Assembly (NCBI GenBank): GCA_051362555.1
Contig: CM120648.1
Coordinates: 7,808,587-7,872,586, forward strand
Reading direction: 5' to 3'
DNA from: Lingula anatina
Lineage: Eukaryota; Animalia; Brachiopoda
DNA: 64,000 nucleotides
Shown: in pieces, positions 26,101 to 37,365 of the stretch
How positions within the stretch are numbered: position 1 is the first letter of the stretch
Layout: each line of letters begins with the position of its first letter
Translations under genes and position numbers: made by a program
Notes under the pieces: generated by a model
Database searches by the model: none
Seen by the model: the letters and a program-made list of their open reading frames with translations, nothing else
Told to the model about the DNA's origin: nothing

Positions 26101-29100
26101 ATGGAGTATTGATTTCATGGGTAAACAAGAGTGACTGGCATAATTTGTCCTTGTCTCATCTTTCGGTTGCGTTCAAAATATCACCAAACCTAAAAATGAT
26201 AAAATTAAATTAGTGAATTTTTTTTACTGTTCTTTTCACTTTGTATTTCAAATGCAAAATGAAATTGTACATTCATAGCATTAAAGTTTGACCTTCAAAC
26301 CATGATATATCATCTCACAACTTGTATTTCAGTATTATAATGCAACTTCAGGTACATATAGTAGCTCAAGCTACGACATGATATTGATACAAGACATTTG
26401 AACAAGTGAAAAACTAGCAAACTTATTTTCATTTGCACACTTACCTCAATGCTGTTATTCTCCATGATCTTTCTTCATGCCACACTCCACTTTGACTTTG
26501 GCCTCTAGTTCTGTTTTCAAGTTCTGACACTTCCTTCTCTGTGGCCTACCAACATCAATGCAAGGTTATGAGGGAGTGAAAAAAACAATGATGCTAACAA
26601 AACGATGCTAACATACTTGGCAAACACTGTTTTGATTGTCTACCTCATCTACACTTAGTTATGTCAACTGTCATTGACATAAAACACGCATCAACCCTTG
26701 TTTCTCCTATACAATTTTGCGTTGACACAAGTCATGTGTTAAATGTCGGACCTGGTACACGAAATTTGATTACCGAAACGAACGGTCCTTTATCGACTAG
26801 GAGTGCCTACAATAAACGTATTTTAAACATAAATACCTTCATTGTATTCTCGAAATATGGAAATATGCAATGACAATATCATTATCTTGAAATAAAGTTA
26901 TAAATTAGGCATATAAGTAGTGCGGAACTAGCCGCCGCTTACACCTGGCTTTTGACAGGGAGCTCACACAGAAACCCATATTTTACGGGAAGATCCGAGC
27001 GCGAAACCTTCAATGTTAGTGATACAATTGACACATTTATAAGTAAATACACTAACCTTTCTACTAAATCCTGTTTCAACTAGTTGAAGTTTTAATTTCG
27101 CCACCGTTTGCTTCCCATACTCTAAAGCCATTTCTACACGGACGCGAAAACGAGGCTATCTTCAATAACCACTATTACCCCAGCGCCCTCTTTAGGACAA
27201 ACGGCTCCGCGTATAGCCCCATTCTGTTTTGTGGGATATTGTCCCATTCATCTTAAACAAGCTGGGGGAGTTGGTCCGCGTTTTTATTGGGTTGGTTCTC
27301 CTTTGCATTGCACACTCCAATTCATCTCACAGTTGATTAGTAAGTTTAATATCAGGGCTCAAAGATGGTGGTTCCATCCTTAGACTATTGTGTTTCTTCA
27401 ACAAACACTTGCCAGGCGAGAGATATGAGGAGTTAACCCCAAAGTCAGGTCTTGAAGATGGAATGAGATATCAGCTAAGAATGCTACGTTCAGTGATCCC
27501 ACAGGCACCTGAACCTGGCCATCCATCACTGGAAGGAAGGTGTGTGTAGGGTAATATCGCCTGAGGTGTTAGATCAATCCGCATTTGGAGAACATTCCAA
27601 GCCCATGGTATTAGTACATTGTTCCTTCTGGAACAAAACGTAACAGGGGCATTTTAATGTAACATTCTCAACATAAATCTCACTCCATTTGCAAGAGGTG
27701 ACTTCAGGGATGCTACTGGGTTCATTGTGACAACGCACTTGCTCACCGCTCTCATCTGGCAAACGATTTGTTGCAGAAACACAGGGCTCTGAGGATGGGA
27801 CAACCGTTTTGAGTCCTGATATTAATCCTACTGTGCACCTGTGACATAAATTGGAATGTGCATTGCAGAGAAGAACCAATTCCTAAATAATCTTGACCAA
27901 TTCCGCCACGCCCTTTAGGATGAATGGGACAATATCCCACACAACAGAATTGTTACCTATGTTGAAGGCTTGTCGCGCCGTCTACAGGAGATAATTGCAG
28001 TACGCGGTAGACGCACACGCTGTTAGGCACGTGATCTTTAACGAGAACACCCTAATGCTAATTGTGTGTGAATTTGGTGACAATTGATGGCGTCTTTTCA
28101 ATTTTATAGACGTTTCTATACATCTGTAGAAGTCACAGTGAAACAGTCGATTTGAGGGGGTACCTCTTTTAAATTTTACTAAATGGTATAAAATATGTAT
28201 ATTTCACCACTATTTTGTATTTTTTTTAACCATGTATCATGTTAGACACGGTATCCGTAATAAAAAGCACTATTTCTAACAATTTACACCTGTAAGGTGA
28301 TCATTTGTAAATAAAAGCACATGGAGAGGGGGGTGGGACAACCTTTTTGACCAATGTTGTATATTATTGCTAAAGCATACAGGTATAATACAATGAAAGA
28401 ACATTATGGTTCAGCAAACAGGACAATTATTTGTAGAGTCAGTTCATAATTAATAGACTTGAAGAAGGAATTGCAAAAGCAACACATAAATACTGTGATA
28501 TTTACAATGTCAAGAATATGCAGAGAAAATGTGCAAACCACGGTATATCAACAAATACTACATTGTATATAGCCACAGGACAAAACAGCAAGTACGATCG
28601 ACCTCTATATATCTCTGTTGTGCAGTTGGGAAGTACTCACGTTGTGCCTCACTTAATGCGTTCTTGTGACTCTCTGTATAAAGACAGAAATGTAAAAAAT
28701 ACGCAGTGCCTCAAATGTATACATACATTATTTATGTATTACTTTATACATACAAAATTTACAATAAAACTGGCATATACAAGGAACTGCAAAAGCAACA
28801 CATCAATTCAGTGATATATACAAATATAAATGAATATACAAAATAATCACAATATTCGCAGAAGTTAAAAAGCGTTATAAAGAAAATAATAATACATGTA
28901 TATTAATGGATCTGATGTAAGTATGCGTTTCTACAGTCAAATGACTATGGAGGATAAACGAAATTTAATACACAAGATCATTCGTAAAGGTAATGGATAC
29001 CCACCTTTAGTCATGAATTTAAATGGAAATGTGTATTTTTCTGGAAAAGAATACATTTCCGTTAATATATAAAGCACTGAGAACACTTTACGCCTTTAAC

Positions 29101-32100
29101 GCATTTCAATGCACAGCTGTTTCTGATGTCATGCAGGAGTGTAAAACATTGATAAAAAGTTCTCTCACTGATATGCTTAAAGATTTTATGATTATTTAAA
29201 ACCTGCATTAATAGAACATGGAGTCGACAAATAAAGGTGTGCACTTTAGCTTAGTTATAACTTTTTTCGATCAAAAAATACTGAATAAAATTAAATTGAA
29301 AAAAAAACTGATTATGTTGTTGTTATTTGAGAGAGGAAGAGAGGAAAAGGAAGTAAATTGAATACCATTTAAACAGGAATACATTGCCTGTACGTCAAAA
29401 GTACGACCGCACACGAACCAATGCAACGTTCGTTGTTGCATAGACAGTGGGAATATACAATGACAAATATACTGCATAAGATCCAATGATATGTATTTGT
29501 GAAATGTGTGTTTTTGCGACAATTTCGTTAACATAAATTAGAGTTTATAAACATTTACTTACTGTAACGCCAACAGTAGTAAATCCATAGGATGAACAAC
29601 ACAACAAAAACTAAAAAAGACAAAATATAAAATAGACTAAATAATGCTTTTATAGCCGACTGTTTGCTTTAATAATTAACTGTTATTTAAGTAAATATAT
29701 GAAATGTTGCGATTAGGAAAATTTCATATCTAAACCATTTACAAAATTAAATATGTAATATTTTTAAAATCTTTTGGATTATAGTACTGGGACCTTTGAA
29801 ACCATTTTGATAGATACAATGCAAATGTAAGTTCCTCGTGCTGTTTCACACCGAAAACTTACAAACACCAATACTAAAAGCAATCCCAATACCAATCCCA
29901 ATCCATATTTTGTAGTCAGTAGGTTCGCTGAAAAAAAGAAAATTTGTGATCAGATGTGATAACAAGGTTTATCAGTATTTGATACATCTGCTGAGAAATA
30001 AATGCTACGATTACACCCAGCTCTCACAAATAATCCGGCCCCCAGCAGTTAAGGAAATATACATGGTTAAGACAGAATGGTCCAAGATATCGAATATTCA
30101 TCACCATTTTTGTTTGTTCCTAATTTAATATAATAAAATATTTTATGGGCTTTGCGTACAATGAATATTTTCTTCTACAAAAATAAAAGTAATTGCATTT
30201 CATTTCGGTCATATCCTTTAGCAAAGGTCCCATGTCCAGTATGTGACGTACATTTATATGCATTTTGGTGTCAAAACGCCAAAGACGGTTTCAAAGTTTT
30301 CGTATAATTTACCATTAAAATTATTGTACAACCTGGTCAAAGAACTTAAACGCCATTTTCTTTGAATTGCTCTTACCTTTGGTTTTATCTCTATGTGCAT
30401 AAATGACATGAAATAATAACTGCAAAGAGCTAGATCACAAATTACAGATACCGTATTGTAATTTATACATATTCAACAAGTATGAATTTCCATGATGATC
30501 AAATGGACAGGTACATGTACATGTTATGAGAGGTCTTTCAGAGCGACACGGCTAACTCTGTTGGGGTGTGAATTCAGCGTAACAAAACCTTTCAAACAGG
30601 TTAGGGGCTCGGCACGTTAAAAAGGCCTATAGTTGGAAACAAAGATCTCCCCGTTCCCTTATGAGAAATACTGATCTTAAGAATTCATTGAATATAACAT
30701 CCTTTAAAGCACGCCGCCCCTTTTATGCTTATTCACCACCCCATCTGCTTTTGCACATAAGGTGACCAATTGTTGTTAATATTTGTAGCCAAATTTCGTT
30801 GGTTTGTAGTATGGCGTGAGAAATAGATCGGCCTCTGACGTAACTCCGTAACTAAATTAGATATTGTCATGAAAATCGGCATGGTTGAGGAACTTGGTGT
30901 AAACGATCATTTGCACTGGTGCCAGCGTTTGGATTTAATTCTTTTGTGTAGAAGATACCCCCCTCTTATCAAGACATTCCATTAAACAAAGGCATTATAT
31001 TTCGTTTCTTTGCTGATAAAATTGAAAGTAAACATTTCAAAAGAATGTCCTGGCACCAGATTGTAGTAACTGATGCTCTGAATAAAATGGTGTTTAAACG
31101 TTTTTTGTTGTTGGGATATCTGTTAAGAATCGATGTTATCAATTTGCACCCAAAACGCTTCTCAAATTCACACCGATGTATTTCTGATGCGACTGCATTA
31201 CATAACAAGACACTAATTTCCACATTATCCAAGCAGACAAAGAAAATTTTTAAGTATCGAGCTCCCTTGAAAAACATGACATAATGGCTGCCATTGTGTG
31301 TGAATGACTGACATTTAATCTTTATATCTATTATGACGTTAATGTACAACTTTTACGCGGTTTGCTTCGGGCTGTGACCCTTGCACGACCTCGTAACGAC
31401 AACGGAAATTATGTAAATCCCACTGTTTTGGCTGTTTTCTGCGTTTGTCTGAAAAGTTGAAATATTAATAAACTATATACCTACCAACAATTAGGGTTAG
31501 GAAACGGCTTGCAGTGTTTTTCTTCGTCGAAATGCTCAACATATTGGCCATTCTCTGAAGCAAAAAATGTGAAAATAACCCAAGTGTATGTAAGTTATCC
31601 TTAGCTATTAATTATCATTATCCATTTGAACATATTATGAGAAATCAAAGAAACAAACAAATAAATAAATAAATGTTATGAACAACTGACGCATGTGTAA
31701 ATCTTTCCCTCTGTCTAAGACTAGTAGTAAGAGATATCGCCAACACTTGAATGTGCATAAAGTTGTTACACAGACAGACGATAATCAAGTAAAAACGTTT
31801 GATAAATAAATAACATGCTTACTGTCTTTTATGTGAGGGTAAGTTCCCTCTGGGCATTTTTTGCAATGACAAAATTCGTTTTCCTTCCGACATCGCTTCG
31901 GTCTTTCTGGTGCAAAACGCTTGCACTCGTTACACCAGCATTTGTTATCCTAAATAATAATAATAATGATAATAATAATAATAATAATGTACATTCTGAA
32001 ATCCATCATATTCAATAGACTTAAAGGTACATACAAACTGAGCATCTGAGGAGCATGGATTCCCAGTAACACATGTAAACCACTTCTACTAGTTTCTTAT

Positions 32101-35100
32101 ATGACTCAAATAAATTCGACATGAAAAGGGATAAAGTGAATAGATCACTCGATCAGCTATAAAAGAGCTTTAGACTGCTCCTTTCTTTAAATTTTTGGTT
32201 GGAAATTTAACCTACTTTTGTGACCTACTTTTCTACCCCATTGACATACAGCATAGGATGCTAGCAGAAAAATCCGTTCAAACATCATTTTCAGGTAAAA
32301 TTAAACAATGCCTTTTGGTAATTCTCTTAATTATACTACTTGAAACTATATGCTGGCATTTGGTTGATTTTTGTGACAAAAAATTGACTTCGTATGCATC
32401 TCTAACAATGAAAATACAAATACATATTACAAAAAAAAAGAAAAACAAATTGATTAAAAAACAAAATGATGTACTCTAGAAAGAAAATAATTGTTTTACG
32501 ATATAATAAAGGCAAGAATAAGGCGGGGCAAATTTGAATTATTTGATGATAAAAGTGATGACCCTCACCATTAAAGCACATAATGCAAATAAAACTAGTA
32601 AGTCAATGATTTAATGTGAGGCGATTTCACGCGAGAAATTTTACGTGTGCATATGGTCACTGTACCACACATTCATAGCGGGCATCGCCCTTAGAGCTTT
32701 GGATCTACCAGTACCCCCCCCCCCCCCCCCCCCCCATCTTCCGGGTCACTGCCCACTCCCTCCTCCAGAAAACAGTATATCGAACAAAACGAGACAAATC
32801 AAGCAGTGTCCCTACTATACATATTACAGTAAGATTACGTTTGTGCCGCTTCATTTGGCTTTTTTGCCATTTAGCATCCTCTGTCTTTCCTTAATTACAA
32901 AGGAATGACCTGCCAGTGTATATTTGAGACATTTTAGATTTAGATTTTTACCTTAGACAAACCATGTTCAAATCGTTTTGATTTAATAATAATAACATTT
33001 ATTTCTTAAAAACCGGACTACACTACTGTCTCAGTGCTGTTTACAAATAAAATTCTCAGAATTACAAGTAATATATAAACAGTTAAAGCTGAGGTAAATA
33101 AAACAATCAAATCGATTATTGCTGGTTATAACAGTAATAGTCTAAACAATAAATCATTTTTCTGATAAAATGAGAAAATATAGAATATCAAGTATTAAAT
33201 TTTAATTGAAGTACTGTGCAAATAAGAGCGTTTTCAAGTCTTTTTTAAAAACCTCAACACTATCAATAGTCCGAATGTGTTAGGGAAGTTCATTCCATAA
33301 AATGGGTGCTACAATATTGAAAATGCCCTGTGGCCTTTTTTTGTCATTTCTGGCAAAGCAAAGAGTGGAGGTGGACCTGGTGGACCTGGTGAGATTGGCT
33401 GAACTTGGATTTAGCATAGAGTTAAAATATGAAGGGCATTCCCCTCTGGTGAATTTAAAAGCAAGCAGCAGTAATTTGAAAACAATTCTCTGTCATAAAG
33501 CCAATGTAGTTCGAATAAAATAGGTGAAATGTTTGATCCGAGAGGGGTTAATTTTGGTCAGTAGTCGTACTGCAGCAATTTGGACAGATTACAGTTTTTC
33601 AATTTGGTAGGTAGGAAGACCTTACAGTAGAATGTTTCCGTAGTCAAGATGTGAAGTTATGAAGGCATGGACAAGCCTCTGCATTTGACCTTTGGGATAT
33701 GGGATAATCTGGAGATTTTTTAAGACCATAGACTTGCATTTTTACTGATGTCGGCGGCCATATCGCACCTATTATCAAATATTACTCCTAGGTTTTTAAC
33801 CTCGTCTTTTCTTGTGACCATGCTGTTGCCGATTTCTAATAGTTCTAATTTTTCTGCAGCTAGAGATAGATGAACTACTTCTGTTTTGTCATAATTGAAA
33901 ACAAGTGAATTGGCGTTAAACCATGAACTCAACTAACTTATTCATTTCTGGATAGATGGTATCACATCTGATGGCCTGTCACAAACAACATAAATTTGTG
34001 AGTCATCTGCATAGAGCATTTGGTTGAAACTTTACTTGGTGACTTGTAAAGAGTTTACAGGATGGGGCCGAGTAAACAGCCTTGTGTACATGCCAGAAAC
34101 TAGTATAAGAGAACTTACAAGAACGAAACTAGAATCACAAGATTTAATTACAAATAACCAATTAATCATAAGATCTACCTTACAATATACATTCTTGTAT
34201 TTGGACAGGGCTAATTTCAGAGCAATCTTAATTCATTGAATCCATAAAAAAAAATAATAATAATAAAATAAAAAGTTTAAAGGATCATATACACAGGTTT
34301 TATGTTATCAGTATGCATTACAGATAACGTAACACTCTATAAGAGATTTTGTTTAATTTAAAATTCAGAACAAGGCAATTTCTTGCATAAAAGGGTACAA
34401 TCATTCAGATTAACAAGAAATTAATGTAAAGTTCGAACAGTTAAAACTGAATGTTTTAACAAATATCCCTTTTACTTTTTAAAGGGAAACCGATTAATTT
34501 TAATATACAGGTACAGAGCTTAACCCTAAATTTATTTTAAAGATGCTATAGTCAAAACTAAACACTTTAAGAACTTTTATAAATTATGTTTTAAATTAAG
34601 ACTCCATCATTAGAGCATTAATTAAGAAAATATTTAGTTTGATATCTTTATAAAGTTAATAAAGTTTTATTTTCTTGTAACTTTCAGCTTCGAAATGCAA
34701 TTCGACTGAATAAAATATCATTATCATATCATTATTAAAATATTGCTATGCTGTTAGAAAATTTAGCATCTGATATATCACAAACAAAAAAAATTAATTA
34801 TTAAAATAATAATGACTTGTAAATTGTGAAGGACAAGTTGAATATACATACATGTATGAGTCTTAACTTCAAACGTACACCAGCCAACATATGCTCAAAA
34901 CACTGCAATTACCTGTGTCATATTTCCAGCTCGATAGATATATTGCCCTTCACTTTCCGCGCACGATTGCAGTTCCTCACATTCCTTTCCGTCAATAATA
35001 CGTGCTCCTGAAAAGGAATACAAAAAAGGAGAGTAAGATGTGACATATGCTACACACAAACACTCTTGCTGCAGCCACGTCTTGTCCATAATTTGATCAA

Positions 35101-35758
35101 TCTTACAAACGACAGGCCAATAAATAAATGAAAACTAAATGAAAACTAAAAACTAAATGTCGGCATCAAGGTTTTTCAAATGAGATGTTTTAATGTTCGA
35201 TGAATTGAGATAGAAAAATAGTTTTGCAGGACATGTAGACAAGGAAAATAAGCACAATAATGCCCGTGGATTTCATACAGACCTTTAGGTTTCCAATCTG
35301 TGCAAAATATTATATGAAGATCACGTGTTCCTATGTGCCATCCATGATCTTCTTATTATATCAATGCGATCAGATTATCAAATGATTAAGGGACTTGTAC
35401 AAAGATGAAAACGGTTTACCTGCACAACAAGTGTCGTTACATGGCCATGCAGACCCAAATCCAGCAATGTCAGCTGTTAGAACCTTTCAATGCAAAAAAT
35501 AAAAAAGATATTATTATTATTAGTATTACATATATGTCATTTGAACAAACAATGGCAGCGACCACACTAATAGGAAGAATCGCACACAAGTTTAAGAGAG
35601 AGCCCTGTTTATTTAGCAAAATTGACGTACATGTAGGTGTAAGCACCCCGACTGTTTGTCTGTAAGACCTTTCATCAAGCAGCTTTGATATATAACTTTT
35701 GCACATATCATAAGATAGAGAAAGCTCTACTTACCGTATAGAAATATAGAAAGAGCAT
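5190..35758 (-). CDS. TNF-receptor-superfamily type I membrane protein with two tandem death-domain-like repeats (about 490 aa, 19 coding exons)
   Basis: Phase-consistent GT-AG exons (minus): 35758-35735, 35483-35420, 35007-34913, 31949-31823, 31554-31485, 29927-29863, 29610-29563, 29040-29005, 28673-28641, 16979-16848, 13805-13767, 12120-12082, 11897-11673, 11254-11228, 8519-8376, 7700-7665, 7108-7076, 5642-5430, 5212-5190; total 1473 nt, open. Protein: signal-like MLFLYFYTVLTADIAGFGSA; Cys-rich WPCNDTCCAG..CEELQSCAESEGQYIYRAGNMTQDNKCWCNEC..CHCKKCPEGTY..HCKPFPNPNCC; TM IWIGIGIGIAFSIGVFFVVLFILWIYYCW then RYKK; two homologous cytoplasmic repeats ending TLLDCLTNSAYGDLASRLL and LFHTCLSQAGYQDLVDQLK. 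The start codon (35758 vs in-frame 35812) and individual micro-exons are less certain than the overall model. Confidence 0.85.
5430..8519 (-). CDS. Death-domain-like repeat 2 exons of the receptor
   Basis: 8519-8376 (DIRWLAQSAFDWKLVTTFMEKKFLTQEDIKLWL), micro-exons 7700-7665 and 7108-7076, and 5642-5430 (IRSTAIKALQNVI..LTRQLFHTCLSQAGYQDLVDQLK). Confidence 0.78.
5881..6895 (-). mobile_element. Tc1/mariner element, internally deleted, frameshifted transposase
   Basis: TIRs CAGGGTTA(A/C)TACTTAATATGGATTATT with TA TSD. Transposase remnant RRPVRKPLLT..HIQRRLQWA..WNHFVFSDE..DGRFRVCRR..GGGNVSVWG. Confidence 0.93.
8308..8342. repeat. (CT/GA)n microsatellite
   Basis: tctctctccccctctctcactctctctctctctct. 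Confidence 0.8.
8713..9992 (+). mobile_element. Degenerate Tc1/mariner element
   Basis: TIR TACTCCC(T/C)TAAC with TA flanks. Remnants LFSDESRLNVVRSDGRVGVWRR (about 9223-9290) and QLDNACPRSA. Confidence 0.8.
10266..10957. mobile_element. Probable Harbinger-like non-autonomous element with dispersed GAATGC/GCATTC motifs
   Basis: Begins AGCCCCCGTCACACT and ends TAGTGTGGAGGAGG. Many gaatgc repeats inside; TSD not resolved. Confidence 0.4.
11673..16979 (-). CDS. Death-domain-like repeat 1 exons of the receptor
   Basis: 16979-16848 (EILKLLGAFVLDRKLIGNFENGLLSKEDTGKWIKDTF), micro-exons 13805-13767 and 12120-12082, and 11897-11673 (IRRTAIDVLKEIL..NRTTLLDCLTNSAYGDLASRLL). Confidence 0.75.
11919..14300. 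repeat. Tandem duplication of an intronic unit of about 700 bp carrying a 39-nt micro-exon
   Basis: Unit 1 is 11919-13600 (interrupted by MITE 12299-13276) and unit 2 is 13607-14300. Both start acataaataggacatg and end aaagaaaatgtaaatcaata. Confidence 0.9.
12299..13276. mobile_element. Zator/Harbinger-type non-autonomous element, copy 1
   Basis: TIR GGCCACACTTTTTTA.TTTTATGGATGACATCC with TTA TSD on both sides. Inverted copy at 42774-43748. Confidence 0.88.
15618..15885 (-). mobile_element. Solo, internally deleted arm of the Tc1-derived element at 18316-28359
   Basis: TA|CAACATTGGTCAAAAAGGTTGTCCCAC...; matches 18316-18724 apart from an internal deletion. Confidence 0.85.
17302..17514. repeat. 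Degenerate tandem duplication, unit about 120 bp
   Basis: aagcaattaaaagt...ctggat(a/g)agtgaga...atctgtttaccccacct...ttgatc occurs twice. Confidence 0.7.
19083..22879 (+). mobile_element. Sola3-like DNA transposon, degenerate
   Basis: TTAA TSD on both sides. TIR GTGTGTGTCCACGAGAAAACC / GGTTCTCTCGTGGACAAGCTC (GAG-type terminus). Broken Cys-rich ORF from 19851 (CNRDINSHL..ESKLILVRCGFF..VPLGSG|gt). The Sola3 label rests on recalled family features. Confidence 0.72.
24273..24631. mobile_element. Kolobok-like TTAA MITE, copy 1
   Basis: TTAA|AGATGCATAC...ATATGTACCT|TTAA. Inverted copy at 32025-32401. Confidence 0.8.
25385..25432. repeat. (GT)n/(GC)n alternating purine-pyrimidine tract
   Basis: gtgtgtgtgtgtatgtgtgtgcgcgcgtgcgtgcgcgcgcgtgtgtgtg. 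Confidence 0.85.
29563..29927 (-). CDS. Transmembrane exons of the receptor
   Basis: 29927-29863 (EPTDYKIWIGIGIGIAFSIGV) and 29610-29563 (FFVVLFILWIYYCWRY). Both have gtaagt donors and T-rich acceptors. Confidence 0.85.
31485..35483 (-). CDS. TNFR-type cysteine-rich ectodomain exons of the receptor
   Basis: Exons 35483-35420, 35007-34913, 31949-31823 and 31554-31485. GNxTxDNxC and CxxCPEGTY are TNFR CRD signatures. Confidence 0.85.
32025..32401. mobile_element. Kolobok-like TTAA MITE, copy 2
   Basis: TTAA|AGGTACATAC...GTATGCATCT|CTAA; reverse-complement homolog of 24273-24631. Confidence 0.78.
32985..34025 (-). mobile_element. 5'-truncated L2/CR1-group LINE (RT C-terminus and 3' tail)
   Basis: MLYADDSQIY, SWFNANSLVFNYDKTEV, VKNLGVIFD, VHAFITSHLDYGNILL, RAFSIVAPILWNELP with stops and frameshifts. 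Ends in a (TTA)n tail. Confidence 0.92.
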
Positions 35759-37365
35759 ATCGTTTACATGCAAGCAGTCACTTTCCACGCACGCCGATTC
35801 ATTTATGTACATGTACACACACTAGACAATAGAAGTTTCACCCCTACTAAACCAATACTTAAATGACTGTGGAAAGATATGCTCCAAGTATAATTTTATT
35901 AACACCAAATTTCACAAAAGATACGGTTCTGACTGAACAATTCAACTGTATCAATAATCTGACATTGCTTATATTCCGCCTCTTCAGGTTAATAACTTTG
36001 ATTATTCTAAGGATGCATTCCCAGATATTTGTATCGATCCAGAGATTTAGATTTAAAGCGACCTAACGCCCTGGGGATTCACGCTAAATTGCAGTCAGCA
36101 GAGCGCGCACTATAGTAAATTACCCCCTTACAGCTTTTAGTAGGCGGAACAGACGCTTAAGCCGGTGTGAAGGGAATGGATGTCCGCCGTAATGCATGTC
36201 CGTAGGACATGTATTCCTCATGGCCAGAAATGTGCAGCATTTACGCGATACGCGAGGGCGCAACAGTAGGGCTTCACGTGACTCAACTAACCAATCACAG
36301 CACAAGAATGGCATCGCACACAGACTCTGTGATAAGTGCTCAGCCCATTGTCAAGTAGTGTTAGTTCATGGTAACAAGCGTCTGATATATGTGCAGAGAA
36401 GTTTATTATTATAATATATATTGTTCTTATTGTTACATTATTACATCTAACTATATATCCAAGTAGTAACTATACTGTACCAAGTCAGGTACTGATGATG
36501 TACAGAGGTCATATATTCCAGAATAAGCCATTACCACTGATTTATAACTTTCATTTTTGTTTAATATGTTATTCATGAAAGAGTTCATGAAAGATTATTT
36601 TAATTTGTTAAATCGTGATCTTATTCTTTTTAAATTCAAATAATTGAATACTGTGGGTAAAATTGGTCTTCCACTTCTTATTTGCATTTTCCTTTACTAC
36701 AAGATTATTTTGGAACAGTTGCAGCATTAAAAATTGAAATAAATAGCAATCTGAAAGAAGAATTTTGCATAATTATTAAATGATGATAGGAATTTTGGAT
36801 TAAGAGATTAGTTAAATACTGAGTAGTGATATGGTCAGTCAATTTATGTAGAATCTGATAATATGACTGAAAATACTGATTGAATTCTTGGCCTTGCACT
36901 GGGCAGTTTTACATTTGTGCCAAGTGCTCTTTTTGGACTCCATTGTACAGTGGTAAAAAATCTTCAATTGCCATGAAATTTTTTAATCAGACTCTGTATG
37001 TTACTGCTATCAGCTGGTGCTATCGGCAACAAATTAAATTCCCTTTGTTTCTGAGTGAATCTACCGTCTAAAATCACTATAACTGAAAATATTTGCGTTT
37101 TGCTGAGAGTAGTCTAGGCAATATACAGCAAACTTCTTAGTACGTGTGTACAACAGAATTTTTTAAAAAACCCTAGCGATATTTGGTCAGGAGTTGATTG
37201 AAGCATAGCACAGCGTTGCTGTCTATCGGCATCAGGCCGTTAGTTTGTCAATTCTCACGAATTACCCACGAATCGCGAACCCATTCATTTTCCTATGGCA
37301 ATCTAGCAACTCATTAAAATGCACGCATGCGCAGTGGGCTAGGCGTGACGTCATGCAGTGCATTT

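Larger units (their letters stand above)
18725..27220 (+). mobile_element. ISL2EU (PIF/Harbinger-related) transposon remnant: THAP + transposase N-terminus, and convergent YqaJ
   Basis: AT|GGGGCTAT...ATAGCCCC|AT. THAP remnant at 18855-19040 (CCVPE..FPKD..QWRIAI..WKP..HFREEDY) and 23203-23235 (LKSGTIPSIF). HTH_Tnp_4-like 25632-26100 (YLTGF..LSPEDQCFLTIMKL..LALRF). Minus-strand YqaJ-like exon at about 26445-26547 (ENRTRGQSQSGVWHEERSWRITA). No DDE core seen. Confidence 0.88.
18316..28359 (+). mobile_element. Tc1-derived foldback element (long inverted arms) hosting nested insertions
   Basis: TA|CAACATTGGTCAAAAAGG...CCTTTTTGACCAATGTTG|TA. Left arm 18316-18724 plus 27221-27425 is the reverse complement of about 27750-28359. 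Tc1 transposase remnant at about 27455-28025 (FSD, DNALAH, SPDINP, DEWDNIP, RRLQEIIAVRG). Confidence 0.85.

Noticed and set aside
31346-31448. Possible extra receptor exon with a good acceptor
   Set aside because: Only 36 nt from the previous donor, weak donor, and a stop in the required phase.
35771-35802. ATG AAT CGG.. as receptor start
   Set aside because: Stops after 12 codons and is out of frame; at most a uORF.
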